Notes: generated from the sequence alone by a model not told the origin. A stretch of DNA of 32,000 nucleotides from Ignicoccus pacificus DSM 13166 (GCA_025340205.1 CP006868.1:1530001-1562000); one strand, 5' to 3'. Positions 1 to 9,780 are shown, counted from the stretch's first letter. A program made the numbers and translations.

Positions 1-2
1 AG

Positions 3-869
3 ATGTTCGACGCTGCCTTTGAAATAGAATCAAAGAAACTCCACAAATCCTCTTGGTGCCTTCTCAAGGATAAAACCGTAATCTTAGCCTTCTTCGAGCC
101 CTCCACTAGGACTAGGCTGAGCTTCGAGTTAGCCAGCAAGAGGCTCTGCGCCCATACCCTGAGCGTCGTCGGTGAGGAAGCGATAAGCTTGGCCAAGGGA
201 GAAAGCTTCAGAGATACGATAAAGGTATTCGACACCTTAGGAGATTTGATAGTGATAAGGCACTCTAGGGAAGGGAGCGCTAGGTACGCAGCAGAGATAG
301 CGGAGTCCCCGGTGATCAACGCCGGCGACGGAAGGAATCACCATCCTACTCAGAGTCTCATAGACTTGTATACAATAAAGAAGCTGAAGGGAGATATAGA
401 CGGCTTGAGTTACGCCGTCGTGGGTGACTTGAGGTATGCCAGAACTGCAAGGTCCTTCTTACTAGCTCTAACTAAGTTCAAGCCCAAGTCTATATACTTA
501 GTCGCTCCTCCTCCCTTGAAGCCCCCTCACAACCTCTTGGAGAAGCTGAGGAACAAGGGCTTTAGGATATATGAGACAGAGAAGGTAGAAGATGTAATAA
601 ACATGGTGGACGTGCTCTACGTAACCAGAATACAAAGGGAGAGGATACCCGATCCTCAAGAGTACGAAAGAGTAAAGGGAAGCTACAGGATAACTAGGGA
701 CTTGTTAAGAAAGGCTAAGAGTGATCTAATAGTACTCCATCCCTTGCCTAGGCTCGACGAGCTCGACATAGCTATAGACGAGACCAAACACGCGGCTTAC
801 TTCGAACAAGTTAAGTCTGCCGTACCTATCAGGATGACGGCTCTCGCTTGGAGCGCGGGGGTGCTGTAG
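3..869 (+). CDS. pyrB: Aspartate carbamoyltransferase catalytic subunit (5' end truncated by window edge)
   Basis: FFEPSTRTRLSFELASKRL and HPTQSLIDLYT motifs, HPLPRLDELD near the C-terminus; followed directly by pyrI. The N-terminus expected of ATCase is missing, so the gene likely begins upstream of base 1. Confidence 0.96.
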   Translation: MFDAAFEIESKKLHKSSWCLLKDKTVILAFFEPSTRTRLSFELASKRLCAHTLSVVGEEAISLAKGESFRDTIKVFDTLGDLIVIRHSREGSARYAAEIAESPVINAGDGRNHHPTQSLIDLYTIKKLKGDIDGLSYAVVGDLRYARTARSFLLALTKFKPKSIYLVAPPPLKPPHNLLEKLRNKGFRIYETEKVEDVINMVDVLYVTRIQRERIPDPQEYERVKGSYRITRDLLRKAKSDLIVLHPLPRLDELDIAIDETKHAAYFEQVKSAVPIRMTALAWSAGVL

Positions 870-870
870 C

Positions 871-1344
871 TTGAAGGCGTTGAAGGTAAGCAAGATAAAG
901 AACGGGACGGTGATAGATCACATCCCAGCCGGCAGAGCCTTAGACGTGCTAAGGCTGTTGGGAATTACCGGAAAGGAGGGGTTCATGATATTGGTTGCTA
1001 TGAACGTCAGCTCCTCTAAGCTAAAGGGTGGTAAGAAGGACTTAGTAAAAATTGAAGGAAAGTACTTGACTCCGAGAGAGGCAGAAACCATAGCGCTGAT
1101 AGCTCCAACGGCTACTATAAATATAATTAAGGACGGAGAAGTAGTCGAGAAGATCAACGTGAGCATCCCGGACGTGATCGAAGGTATCGTGAGGTGCCCC
1201 AACCCTACTTGCATATCTAGAAAGGAGGACGAACCCATAAAGTCCAAGTTCAGGGTTATCAACAAATCTCCCTTGAGGCTCCAATGCTACTACTGCGAGA
1301 CTGAGCTGGAGGAAGAGGACCTATCGAAGTACGTGGTGGGATAA
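871..1344 (+). CDS. pyrI: Aspartate carbamoyltransferase regulatory subunit
   Basis: TTG start; IKNGTVIDHIPAGRALDVLRLLGI and four-Cys zinc domain CPNPTCISR...LQCYYCE; one base after pyrB stop. Confidence 0.96.
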   Translation: MKALKVSKIKNGTVIDHIPAGRALDVLRLLGITGKEGFMILVAMNVSSSKLKGGKKDLVKIEGKYLTPREAETIALIAPTATINIIKDGEVVEKINVSIPDVIEGIVRCPNPTCISRKEDEPIKSKFRVINKSPLRLQCYYCETELEEEDLSKYVVG

Positions 1345-2009
1345 TGTTTAACTTTAAGGTCAAGGAAGTTCTCAGGGCTAAAAGGCTCAACAAAAACACC
1401 TACCACCTCTACGTGAGGTGGGACGAAAAGCCTCCGGTAGGCACCTTCTTCATGGTCTGGCTCCCTGGCTTCGAAGCGATCCCCCTCTCGGTCTCAGGAT
1501 GGTACAGAGGGGCGGTTAGGTTTACTATTCAAGTGAGGGGTCCGACCACTAAAGCCCTCTTCTGGGCGACCAAGGTAGGCCTCATGGGTCCTCTAGGCAG
1601 GGAAGCTCCTCCTCCCCTAGGTAAGCCCACTTTGGTGGCGGGGGGAATAGGGATAGCCCCCTTACTTTACATGTATGAGGAATGGGGAGGAACCCTCTTA
1701 TACGGAGGTAGGAGCGCTAAGGACCTAATACCAGTCGAAGGGGCGATCATCTCCACGGACGACGGAAGCAAGGGGAAGAAGGGGACGGTACTAGACTTGC
1801 TGGAGGAGGTCGGAGCTAAGAGGGACATCTACGCTTGCGGACCTCCAGCCATGCTCAAGGCATTAGGTCAAATGAGTAGGGAGAAAGACTTAAGAGGGTA
1901 TGGAAGTACGGAGACCATGGTTAAGTGCGGAATGGGAATATGCGGAGCTTGCGCCATAAGCAAGAGGTTGCTGTGCAAGGAACCGTGGATTCCATTACGA
2001 GAGATATGA
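1344..2009 (+). CDS. pyrK: Dihydroorotate dehydrogenase electron transfer subunit-like (PyrK family, FAD/2Fe-2S)
   Basis: GGIGIAPLLYMYEE, DIYACGPPAML and C-terminal CGMGICGACAISKRLLC cluster; overlaps pyrI stop. The C-terminus looks short, see findings. Confidence 0.85.
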   Translation: MFNFKVKEVLRAKRLNKNTYHLYVRWDEKPPVGTFFMVWLPGFEAIPLSVSGWYRGAVRFTIQVRGPTTKALFWATKVGLMGPLGREAPPPLGKPTLVAGGIGIAPLLYMYEEWGGTLLYGGRSAKDLIPVEGAIISTDDGSKGKKGTVLDLLEEVGAKRDIYACGPPAMLKALGQMSREKDLRGYGSTETMVKCGMGICGACAISKRLLCKEPWIPLREI

Positions 2010-2159
2010 GGCCGGGAGACCTCGGGGTCATCCTCCCGGCTGGGCGGGCGTCAAGGACCCCGAGGCACTCAAGAAGACATCTTCTAAGAGCCCCTAAAAT
2101 GTTTGGAGATGAGGAGTACGCCATCGGAGGAGGGATGACTGGTCGAACCTATCCGATCC

Positions 2160-3269
2160 CTAGAGGAGCTCCTCGACGCTTATGGGGTACTCCGCATCGC
2201 TTAACAAGTGCTCATTACCTAGGTAAACCTCCTTTACGCCAGCTCTCCTGGCCACCTTCATAGCCTCTAAGGCGTGCCTCTCGCTGGTCGTAGGTAGATC
2301 CCTCATCAACCAAGAGGGATAGAAGGCCAAGAGGACCATTGGTACGTTGGAATCCAAAGAGGCTAAGTAAGATGCTATTCCCTCTACCTCTTCTAAGGTG
2401 ACGTATAACGGTACCAAGAGCACACTAACTACTAGAAGCGGAGGTTCCTCCCTCTTCTTCCCCATTTTTGCTATCATCTTAGTGTTCTCCTTGAGTCTTT
2501 CTACGGCCTTCTTGCCATCAACACCCGTTAGCGCCTCGTAGACCTCTGGGGACCAAGCCTTCCAATCTACCTTCACTATTCCCCCACTTCTAAAGCTCAG
2601 CTCAGCCATCTTTCTCATTATTGAAGGATTCTCGAGACCGTTGGTTTCCCAACATATCCTCTTTATTCCGTCGTACTTCTTCAAGATCTCCTCTGAAGCC
2701 CTAATGAAATAGGGTGACTGAGGAGTGGGATCTCCTCCGAAGAAACACACGCACTTAACGTCTTCCCTTCCCGCCTCCTCAACCAGCTCCTCCCACCTTC
2801 TCTCCCTTACTCTGAACAGATCGGTCTTGTGCTCCCAGTTTTGACAGAACAAGCAATCTAAGGTGCAACCATAGGCGAAGACCGCTAAGTTGTAGTAACC
2901 TACCTCGGGACCCGGCACTTCCGTATACTTGGGAAAGCCCCTCGAGGTAGCAGCCGGGCAGACCGGGGTGGCGACGCAGTTGGTTGGTAAAGGATCTAAG
3001 TAGGTGAAGAACTTAGAGGAAGTCCTCAGCCTTCCTCCCTCGTTTCTCCATATTCCACAATAACCGATGCCTCCCTCGGGAATCTCACACTCGTTTACGC
3101 AAAGACCACATCTCAACCCTCCTTTGGGGGGCTTAGGAGGTAACCCTAGCCTGAGTCTCATTAATTCGTGGAAGTCCACCGAGCCCCTTTTCCCTTCTTT
3201 TAAGCATTTGTAGCAAAGACCTATTGACTTGGAAGCCTTGTTCCTCTTACATGCCTCACAGAGGATCAT
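2160..3269 (-). CDS. Radical SAM protein (PflA-like activating enzyme family)
   Basis: CX3CX2C motif in FAYGCTLDCLFCQNWEHK, plus N-terminal cysteine-rich segments CEACKRNKA...CYKC and CGLCVNECEIPEGGIGYCG. Confidence 0.88.
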   Translation of the reverse strand: MILCEACKRNKASKSIGLCYKCLKEGKRGSVDFHELMRLRLGLPPKPPKGGLRCGLCVNECEIPEGGIGYCGIWRNEGGRLRTSSKFFTYLDPLPTNCVATPVCPAATSRGFPKYTEVPGPEVGYYNLAVFAYGCTLDCLFCQNWEHKTDLFRVRERRWEELVEEAGREDVKCVCFFGGDPTPQSPYFIRASEEILKKYDGIKRICWETNGLENPSIMRKMAELSFRSGGIVKVDWKAWSPEVYEALTGVDGKKAVERLKENTKMIAKMGKKREEPPLLVVSVLLVPLYVTLEEVEGIASYLASLDSNVPMVLLAFYPSWLMRDLPTTSERHALEAMKVARRAGVKEVYLGNEHLLSDAEYPISVEELL

Positions 3270-3334
3270 GGGTATCGAGAGCTCGGGGGACTCAACTTAA
3301 GCCTATCGCCTCTAACTGTAAGAAGGGAAAGGAT

Positions 3335-4408
3335 TTGAGAATAGCCGTTGTCTCCTCATATCCCCCCATGCCCTGTGGGATAGGGGAGTACGCTAGGTCT
3401 CTCGCCGAAAGCTTAGCGGATAGAGGTCACGAAGTAGTCGTGATAGCAACCAAGTGGAAGAACGCGCCGGAAGTGGAGAACGGAAAGGTGAGGGTAGTAA
3501 GGGCTTGGGAGAGGGGGAGCGAGGCCTTTCACAGACAGATACTAAGGGCCATAGCAGAGGAGGGTCCCTTCGACGTAATAGAGTTCCAGTATGAATACGG
3601 ATTGTGGCCCGTTATCCCCCTAGATCCTAGAGGGCTCTGGTTATTGGAAAACTCTCATGACTTTGCTAACTCCATCGTAGCTACGCTACACACCGTTAGA
3701 GTGAGAAACGATCCTATGTGGAAGGAATACCATGAAAGATTAATTAAACTTAGCGACGCAATAATACTTCATCATGTAATACAAGAAATAGCCCTGAATT
3801 CGATGATTACCCCAGAAAAGGTTCACGTAATTCCCCACGGAAGCGATCGTCTCCCTGGGAAGAGGGAGGAGCTAAACTACGAAAGACCTATTTCCTTGCT
3901 CTACGGCTTGCTAAGAAAGGATAAGGGTTTGGAGGTTGCCGTGAGGGCCTTCAGGAAGTTGAGGAGAGGTACCCTCCTGCTTGCGGGCAAACCTCTCAAG
4001 AAAGAGGACGAGGAATATGTAAAAGAGATAGTGAAGGAGTTCAAAGGGAGAATAGTTTGGATCGACGAGTACTTGAGTAGGGAGAGGCTCGGCACCCTAA
4101 TCCGATCCTCGGACTACGTCTTATTTCCCTACAAGGATTATCCGAACGACTACGGAATATCCGGCGCTTTACACACGGTTGTGGGGACGGGGGGCAAACC
4201 CCTATGCTCGAGGACCCAGAGACTAATAGAATGTTGGGAAGTGGCTAAAGAAGCGACCTTCTCCGTGGGAGACTACAACGCGTTGGCTAAGCTCATCGAG
4301 AAAGGGCTTCCGGAGGACGTCTGGGGAAGGCTTTGGAGATTAGGGGACCACACATCATGGCAATCCGTGGCGATCCTGAGGGAGAGGCTCTACTGGGAGC
4401 TCTCGTGA
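3335..4408 (+). CDS. Glycosyltransferase family 4 (group 1) protein
   Basis: N-terminus LRIAVVSSYPPMPCGIGEYARSLAESLADRGHEV, VHVIPHGSDR, YLSRERLGTLIRSSDYVLFPYKD. The ORF track opens at 3224, but an in-frame TTG at 3335 fits the family N-terminus and avoids overlap with the divergent gene. Confidence 0.85.
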   Translation: MRIAVVSSYPPMPCGIGEYARSLAESLADRGHEVVVIATKWKNAPEVENGKVRVVRAWERGSEAFHRQILRAIAEEGPFDVIEFQYEYGLWPVIPLDPRGLWLLENSHDFANSIVATLHTVRVRNDPMWKEYHERLIKLSDAIILHHVIQEIALNSMITPEKVHVIPHGSDRLPGKREELNYERPISLLYGLLRKDKGLEVAVRAFRKLRRGTLLLAGKPLKKEDEEYVKEIVKEFKGRIVWIDEYLSRERLGTLIRSSDYVLFPYKDYPNDYGISGALHTVVGTGGKPLCSRTQRLIECWEVAKEATFSVGDYNALAKLIEKGLPEDVWGRLWRLGDHTSWQSVAILRERLYWELS

Positions 4409-4833
4409 TCGCCGTCCGTTAGGTATATGCCAAAGAGAAACGGTGTTAGGGAAAGCACTATTTTCCTTCCCTTTGGAGTTAAGCTGTACTTAACCCTTCT
4501 GGCGCTTCCAGTCATCTTCTCCTCCCTCTTCACTATTCCAGCCCTGACCAACTCTTGGAGCTTGTCGGAGAGCACTCTAGATGATATCCCCAACGAGTTT
4601 TTCAACTCGTTGAACCCCATTTCCCCACTTATGAGTAAGGCATACATTATGTCAGGCACCCACTTGGATGTGAGTAACTCCAAGGAAGGTCTTATCTTGT
4701 CCAGCCTCTCCTTTACTTGTTGAGGTGTTATCTCCTCCTCACACCCGACCTCATACCTCAGCTGCTCTATCTCCCTAATGCAGTTGTTCAGTATTTCCTT
4801 CACCTTTTCCTCGAACGCCTCAAGATCCTTCAT
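4390..4833 (-). CDS. HxlR-like winged-helix transcriptional regulator
   Basis: LELLTSKWVPDIMYALLISGEMGFNELKNSLGISSRVLSDKLQELVRAGIVKREE...YSLTPKG is a typical HxlR wHTH pattern. Confidence 0.82.
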   Translation of the reverse strand: MKDLEAFEEKVKEILNNCIREIEQLRYEVGCEEEITPQQVKERLDKIRPSLELLTSKWVPDIMYALLISGEMGFNELKNSLGISSRVLSDKLQELVRAGIVKREEKMTGSARRVKYSLTPKGRKIVLSLTPFLFGIYLTDGDHESSQ

Positions 4834-4839
4834 GCATCA

Positions 4840-5352
4840 TCACCCCTTAGCGAGTACCTCTTCACAAGGGAAGACGAAGCTCCTTCCCGCCTTTTGTAGG
4901 GGAATCTTGACTTCCTTCAAGTCCCATCCCCTCCTTCCGAAGCCTTTGACCGCCTCCCAATGGACCACCTTCCCTATTACCATATCCACCTCAGCTACCG
5001 GGATCATCTGCTTCACCTCCGCCTCTATCCACCCTATAGCGTTCTTCGGTATGGGGGATGGAACCTTCTTTCCCTTGAAGTACTCGACCATTTCTAGCTT
5101 ATTCACCTCCTCACCGCTCTTGGTACCTAACTTCCAGAGCAAGTTAACGTCCTCTACTATTGCTATAGTAAAGTGACCGTACTTCTTTACTAACTTGTAG
5201 GTATAAGTCTCCCTATCCAAAGCTAAGGCAACTAGAGGTTCGTCCGTGGCCACGGGGGTCACCCAAGAGGCAGTCATGAAGTTCCCCTCGGGCGGCTCCC
5301 CGGAGCCGATGACGTAAGCGGGCCGCGGATGTAACAAATGGTACCACGCCAA
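4840..5352 (-). CDS. Flavin reductase-like / FMN-binding split-barrel family protein
   Basis: WYHLLHPRPAYVIGSGEPPEGNFMTASWVTPVATDEPLVALALDRETYTYKLVKKYGHFTIAI. Track ORF starts at 5406; in-frame TTG at 5352 (LAWYHLLHPRP) is more likely. Confidence 0.75.
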   Translation of the reverse strand: MAWYHLLHPRPAYVIGSGEPPEGNFMTASWVTPVATDEPLVALALDRETYTYKLVKKYGHFTIAIVEDVNLLWKLGTKSGEEVNKLEMVEYFKGKKVPSPIPKNAIGWIEAEVKQMIPVAEVDMVIGKVVHWEAVKGFGRRGWDLKEVKIPLQKAGRSFVFPCEEVLAKG

Positions 5353-5413
5353 GTGTGTTCCCCACATTAGTATTGCGATAACAGCTAGTTTATAAGGAAT
5401 GTTCACGATTCGT

Positions 5414-6493
5414 TCATGGTGCCGGGACGTCCAGACCCATGCTCCAAGCTAACGCATAGGAGAGTCTATGTACATTGAACCCTCCCCTGAGGAGCAGAGT
5501 GTAGGTCAGTAACATTGACTTACACTTGGAACAACTGGTTAAGACTAAGTCCAATCCCTTGAACTGTTCTATCTTCTTTGGACCTATGGTCTCGACCGCC
5601 TTCCTCTTCAACTCATTGACGAAGGATACCCCAGCTCCTCCGCCACAGCACATCTGGATTCTCTCTGAGGGGCCTCTTTCCTCATAGAAGGGAGTAATCA
5701 TCTTTATTATTTCCCTAGGTTCTTGAGTTACGAAGTTGTATCTTGCTAATCCACAAGGGTCGTGATAGCCCACTCTCTTTTCTATCATCCTCTCGACAAC
5801 GATTTCCTTTCTCCTCCGGTATACTGCCTCAGGGAAGGTGAGTACCTTGAATGGGGCCTTTATCCCTATGAACATGTGGAGCCTAGGCCAGACCTTGTAA
5901 TCCGCTCCACATTCGCCAATTATTATTCCTTCTACGTCGAGCTCCTCAGCAGTCTTTATCACTTCCAATGCCTTCTTCTTAAAGTAATCTGGATCAGCCA
6001 TATCGAAGATGAAATTCCCGTAGCCCTCTGGGTGCTTGGAGCTTAGAGTGAAGTCGTAGCCTAGCTTATCGAGAACCCAGAGCTCTGCGAGGAGGTCTAG
6101 TCTGGCGTTTGGCAGAACGTCGAAGGCAGAGGGTAGGAAGAGCCAACGGGCCCTCTCGTCTACCTTGAAGCCCTTGGACTTAGCGAATTCAGCCCACTCA
6201 CTCCCGCCGATGCCGAAGGACTGACCTATCTCCTCGCTCCTCTCCCTTATCTTCGTCAATTCTTCGTGGACTATACCCTTCTTCGTTCTGTACTCGTATA
6301 CCCTTTTATGGGTTGGAACCTTCAAGGGACACTTGAGCACGCATCTTCCACACATGGTGCAAGCCTCTACAGCCTCCACCATTCCTTGAAGCCTCTCCCT
6401 AGGCTTGTACCGAGGGGACCAAGGGCAGGCTTCGGCGCACCAGTCGCAGCCCACGCAACTGTTATACGCCAGCTTGTAGAGGAGGTCTAGCAC
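5414..6493 (-). CDS. HdrD/GlpC-like Fe-S oxidoreductase (2x 4Fe-4S plus CCG domain)
   Basis: CVGCDWCAEACPWSP and CTMCGRCVLKCPLKVP ferredoxin motifs; YHDPCGLARYN...IQMCCGGGAGVSF and SCSKCKSM CCG-type motifs. Confidence 0.85.
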   Translation of the reverse strand: MLDLLYKLAYNSCVGCDWCAEACPWSPRYKPRERLQGMVEAVEACTMCGRCVLKCPLKVPTHKRVYEYRTKKGIVHEELTKIRERSEEIGQSFGIGGSEWAEFAKSKGFKVDERARWLFLPSAFDVLPNARLDLLAELWVLDKLGYDFTLSSKHPEGYGNFIFDMADPDYFKKKALEVIKTAEELDVEGIIIGECGADYKVWPRLHMFIGIKAPFKVLTFPEAVYRRRKEIVVERMIEKRVGYHDPCGLARYNFVTQEPREIIKMITPFYEERGPSERIQMCCGGGAGVSFVNELKRKAVETIGPKKIEQFKGLDLVLTSCSKCKSMLLTYTLLLRGGFNVHRLSYALAWSMGLDVPAP

Positions 6494-6616
6494 TTCCCAC
6501 CCTAGCCATGAGGCGGGAGGATGGGTTTAAGGAATTAGTATTCAATGAGTAGAACCTTCCGGGTACCTTTTTTAACACCTCTCGCTAGGCCCACAAGGAC
6601 GAGGGGTGAGATGAGG

Positions 6617-7003
6617 ATGAGCAAGCCAATATACGTTAGGTTCGAGGTTCCCCCCGAGTTAGCCGAGAAGGCCTACGAGGCCTTGAAGAAGGCCAGAGAG
6701 AGCGGAGGAAAGATCAAGAAGGGTACCAACGAGACTACCAAGGCCGTGGAGAAGGGTCTAGCCAAGCTAGTGATCATCGCTGAGGACGTGGATCCGCCAG
6801 AGGTAGTAGCCCACTTACCTCTGCTATGCGAGGAGAAGAAGATACCTTACGTCTACGTTCCCAGCAAGAAGAAGCTAGGAGAGGCTGCCGGAATAGAGGT
6901 TCAAGCCGCCAGCGCTGCTATAATCGATCCCGGCGCCGCCAAGGACCTCGTAGAGGAGATCATAAAGGAGGTAAACGAGATCAAGGCCAAAGCTGGCCTC
7001 TAA
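6617..7003 (+). CDS. Ribosomal protein L7Ae / kink-turn binding protein
   Basis: [80 protein letters not shown] is diagnostic. Track ORF starts at 6545; ATG at 6617 is preferred. Confidence 0.96.
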   Translation: MSKPIYVRFEVPPELAEKAYEALKKARESGGKIKKGTNETTKAVEKGLAKLVIIAEDVDPPEVVAHLPLLCEEKKIPYVYVPSKKKLGEAAGIEVQAASAAIIDPGAAKDLVEEIIKEVNEIKAKAGL

Positions 7004-7013
7004 GGTCTTAGAG

Positions 7014-7673
7014 TTGATTTTTCTCATCGAAAAATTCATCTCAATACAAGGAGAGGGGGTCCTAATAGGAACTCCCGCCCTCTTCATAAGACTTGCTAAG
7101 TGTAACTTGAGATGTCCCTGGTGTGATACCAAATATAGTTGGGAAGAGGGGAGGGCCGTCTCCGTCAGTTCCTTAGTTGAGGATGTCATAAATCTCGATC
7201 TTCCCTTAACGGTCCTAACTGGAGGGGAACCCCTCCTCCAACAAAGGGAGCTCAAAGATTTGATTGAGAAAAGCAGGGAGAGGGACTACAAGGGCTTATT
7301 CCAGATAGAGACAAATGCTACCATAGAGCCAAAGGAGCTAAGGGGGTTAGAGGGGGTTCTTCTAACGCTAAGCCCAAAGGTGACTTGCGACTACTACAAG
7401 GCATCTCCTAAGTTGGTAAAGAAGATTTTAGAGGACTACAGCGATATGGTACTGGAACTTAAGCTTGTCGCCAGAAAGAGTGACTTACCTTGCGTAAAGG
7501 ACTTCTTATCTAAGATGGGGGATATAAGTAAACCAATAATTCTCCAGCCTCTCTATGAAAAAGAGTATGAGAAGGAGGCAAGAGAACTCGTCGAAGCCGT
7601 CTTAGAGGATAATGATTTGAAGAAGAGGGTTAGGGTCATACCACAAGTACATAAGTTCTTAAAAATAGATTAA
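7014..7673 (+). CDS. queE: 7-carboxy-7-deazaguanine synthase-like radical SAM protein (archaeosine pathway)
   Basis: IFLIEKFISIQGEGVLIGTPALFIRLAKCNLRCPWCDTKYSW (CX3CX2C) and TGGEPLLQ. Confidence 0.9.
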   Translation: MIFLIEKFISIQGEGVLIGTPALFIRLAKCNLRCPWCDTKYSWEEGRAVSVSSLVEDVINLDLPLTVLTGGEPLLQQRELKDLIEKSRERDYKGLFQIETNATIEPKELRGLEGVLLTLSPKVTCDYYKASPKLVKKILEDYSDMVLELKLVARKSDLPCVKDFLSKMGDISKPIILQPLYEKEYEKEARELVEAVLEDNDLKKRVRVIPQVHKFLKID

Positions 7674-8545
7674 CCTACGTAGAAGGTACAACTTTCGCAC
7701 TGAGCGGCGAATGCGTTGATATAGCTAGTAACATTCCCTGTAGACTCAAGTATTGGTTTCAGCTCGTTCCAAGTTACGATCTCGCCTGCCTCCACCTTCT
7801 GAGGTATGTTGCCGGGATTGGGAAGTATCTTCTCCGCGAAGTATACCTTAACGGTATAGCTGGTGTAAGTCCAACCGTATTCAGGTCTTATTATAGGAAC
7901 TAGCACCGGAGCTACCGCTCCTGGCGATATGTATTGGATTAAGTTGTAGAGGTACAACTTGTAATCAGTGCCTAGCTTTTTACATACATTATCTATATAC
8001 CAATTTATTACATGCTTATCGTGTTCTTGATCACAGTTTATGTACAGAGCCTTCATATCGTATATCGTTCCATTCGAGTATGTGCATACCGCTAGAGTGT
8101 TGTTCTGATGAGTTAATGGAACGAAAGTCAAATTACCTATTATGTACTTCCTAGTAGCGTTGGTATAGACGTCCTTATTGGATAGTAAGGATTGCTCTTC
8201 CTGACCTGGTGAGTAGCTCCTCAGCAAGGCACCGCTCGTACCGGCTTGTAGCTGAACTAGGGAGAGCCACCATCTGGCGCCGGAGGTCTCTTGAACGCAA
8301 GCTATGGGTATCGTTCCGTTCTTGCTCTGACTTCCGGTTACGTTAGCCTCGACGGTGATCACGCCTACCACGGTAACAGGAGGGTTGAACGCAATAGCTA
8401 CGTTCTGCTGCTCTTGCTTGAGAGTTTGAGCTTGCTTAGAGGTAGATGACATTAAGAAGGTAGCAAAGAGAGCGGCTACCGCCAAGAATATCATTATCAG
8501 AACTAACACTTCGACCGTATTTATTACTCCCTTTCGCTGTAGCAT
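7670..8545 (-). CDS. Hypothetical secreted/surface protein with type IV pilin-like N-terminus
   Basis: MLQRKGVINTVEVLVLIMIFLAVAALFATFLM: short basic leader, Gly, one hydrophobic helix with internal Glu. About 290 aa with several Cys including C-terminal CESC. Confidence 0.6.
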   Translation of the reverse strand: MLQRKGVINTVEVLVLIMIFLAVAALFATFLMSSTSKQAQTLKQEQQNVAIAFNPPVTVVGVITVEANVTGSQSKNGTIPIACVQETSGARWWLSLVQLQAGTSGALLRSYSPGQEEQSLLSNKDVYTNATRKYIIGNLTFVPLTHQNNTLAVCTYSNGTIYDMKALYINCDQEHDKHVINWYIDNVCKKLGTDYKLYLYNLIQYISPGAVAPVLVPIIRPEYGWTYTSYTVKVYFAEKILPNPGNIPQKVEAGEIVTWNELKPILESTGNVTSYINAFAAQCESCTFYVG

Positions 8546-8606
8546 CTTGCTACCCGAGCGCTTTGCGTTTTTGAGACAATTAAGCTACTATCGCCGGGTA
8601 GCAAGG

Positions 8607-9512
8607 GTGGACTTAAGCGTTGACGTTGGAGGTCTGAAGCTCTCCAATCCTCTAATGCAAGCTTCCGGGATATTAGGAGGCGATCCTCAAGCCCTCGAGT
8701 TAGTGGCCAAGAGCGGGGTAGGTGCTCTAGTCACCAAGACCATAACGATAGAACCTAGGAAGGGATACGACCCACCGATAGTCGTTCAAACGGATTGCGG
8801 TTTAGTAAACGCCGTAGGTCTCTCCAATCCCGGCAAGGGGGCTATAAGAGAGCTGGTCGAGGTGGGGAAGAAGTACAACTTACCAGTGATAGTTTCAATA
8901 GCTGGGAAGGATGAAGAGGAGTTCTCGGAGCTGGCTTGGGAGGCCGAGGACTCCGGGGCTTCAGCGATTGAGCTAAACCTCTCATGTCCTCACGCGAAGG
9001 GCCTAGGCCTTGAGCTTGGCATGGATATCAACATGGTAAAGAATGTAGTTGAAGCTGTAAGCACCACTACCTCCATACCGGTATTCGCGAAGCTGGGCTT
9101 GGTGGACAGGCTCGTGGAGACCGCCTCTAAGGCCCTCGAAGCAGGAGCCTCCGGACTAACCCTCATTAACACGGTTAGAGCTATGGTAATAGATATAGAT
9201 GCTATGATGCCGGTGCTTTCAAACAAGGTCGGGGGCCTCTCGGGGAGGGCCATAAAACCCATAGCTGTTAGGGCCATCTATGATGTATACAAGGAGACGA
9301 GGGCTCCGATAATAGGGGTAGGGGGAATATATTCTTGGAAGGACGCCGTCGAGATGATCCTCGCCGGTGCCTCTGCTCTCCAAATAGGTTCAGCCCTAGT
9401 TGAGAAGGGTACCAAGGTCTTCACGGAAGTGAGAGCTGGCATCTCTTGGTGGCTTTACTCCCACGGCTTCAAGTCCCTGAGGGAGGCGGTCGGCTTGGCT
9501 CACAGTAAATAA
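8607..9512 (+). CDS. pyrD: Dihydroorotate dehydrogenase catalytic subunit
   Basis: GLKLSNPLMQASGILGG, AIELNLSCPHAKGLG, VFAKLG, GLSGRAIKPIA, GVGGIYSWKDAVEMILAGASALQIGSAL. Track ORF from 8547; in-frame GTG at 8607 matches the family start better. Confidence 0.93.
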   Translation: MDLSVDVGGLKLSNPLMQASGILGGDPQALELVAKSGVGALVTKTITIEPRKGYDPPIVVQTDCGLVNAVGLSNPGKGAIRELVEVGKKYNLPVIVSIAGKDEEEFSELAWEAEDSGASAIELNLSCPHAKGLGLELGMDINMVKNVVEAVSTTTSIPVFAKLGLVDRLVETASKALEAGASGLTLINTVRAMVIDIDAMMPVLSNKVGGLSGRAIKPIAVRAIYDVYKETRAPIIGVGGIYSWKDAVEMILAGASALQIGSALVEKGTKVFTEVRAGISWWLYSHGFKSLREAVGLAHSK

Positions 9513-9545
9513 GTCCTCTCGTAGAAGTGAGAGAGGGGGTACCCT

Positions 9546-9779
9546 TTGGCAAGGGTATATCTCTTAATAAAGGTAGATTCCGGTAAGGAAAATGATGTCT
9601 ACGAGGCTTTGAAGAATCTCCCTTACGTCAAGACCGTTGACATAGTTACCGGTCCCCTGGACTTGGTGGCCGTCTTCGAGGCAGACAACTTGAGCAGAAT
9701 AGAGGAAGTAATATTGAACAGGGTAAGGAGAATAGAGGGTATAAGGGAGACCACTACCTTGATAGCCTTAACTGATTAA
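9546..9779 (+). CDS. Stand-alone Lrp/AsnC ligand-binding (RAM) domain protein
   Basis: 77 aa, ARVYLLIKVDSGKENDVYEALKNLPYVKTVDIVTGPLDLVAVFEADNL...RVRRIEGIRETTTLIAL; no HTH. Confidence 0.85.
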   Translation: MARVYLLIKVDSGKENDVYEALKNLPYVKTVDIVTGPLDLVAVFEADNLSRIEEVILNRVRRIEGIRETTTLIALTD

Positions 9780-9780
9780 A

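Noticed and set aside
918-1265. Antisense ORF over pyrI (and similar antisense ORFs over rgy, rqcH, argG, SQR, helicase and ABC genes)
   Set aside because: Low-complexity Ser/Leu/Pro-rich translations typical of antisense frames; the opposite strand encodes well-recognised conserved proteins.
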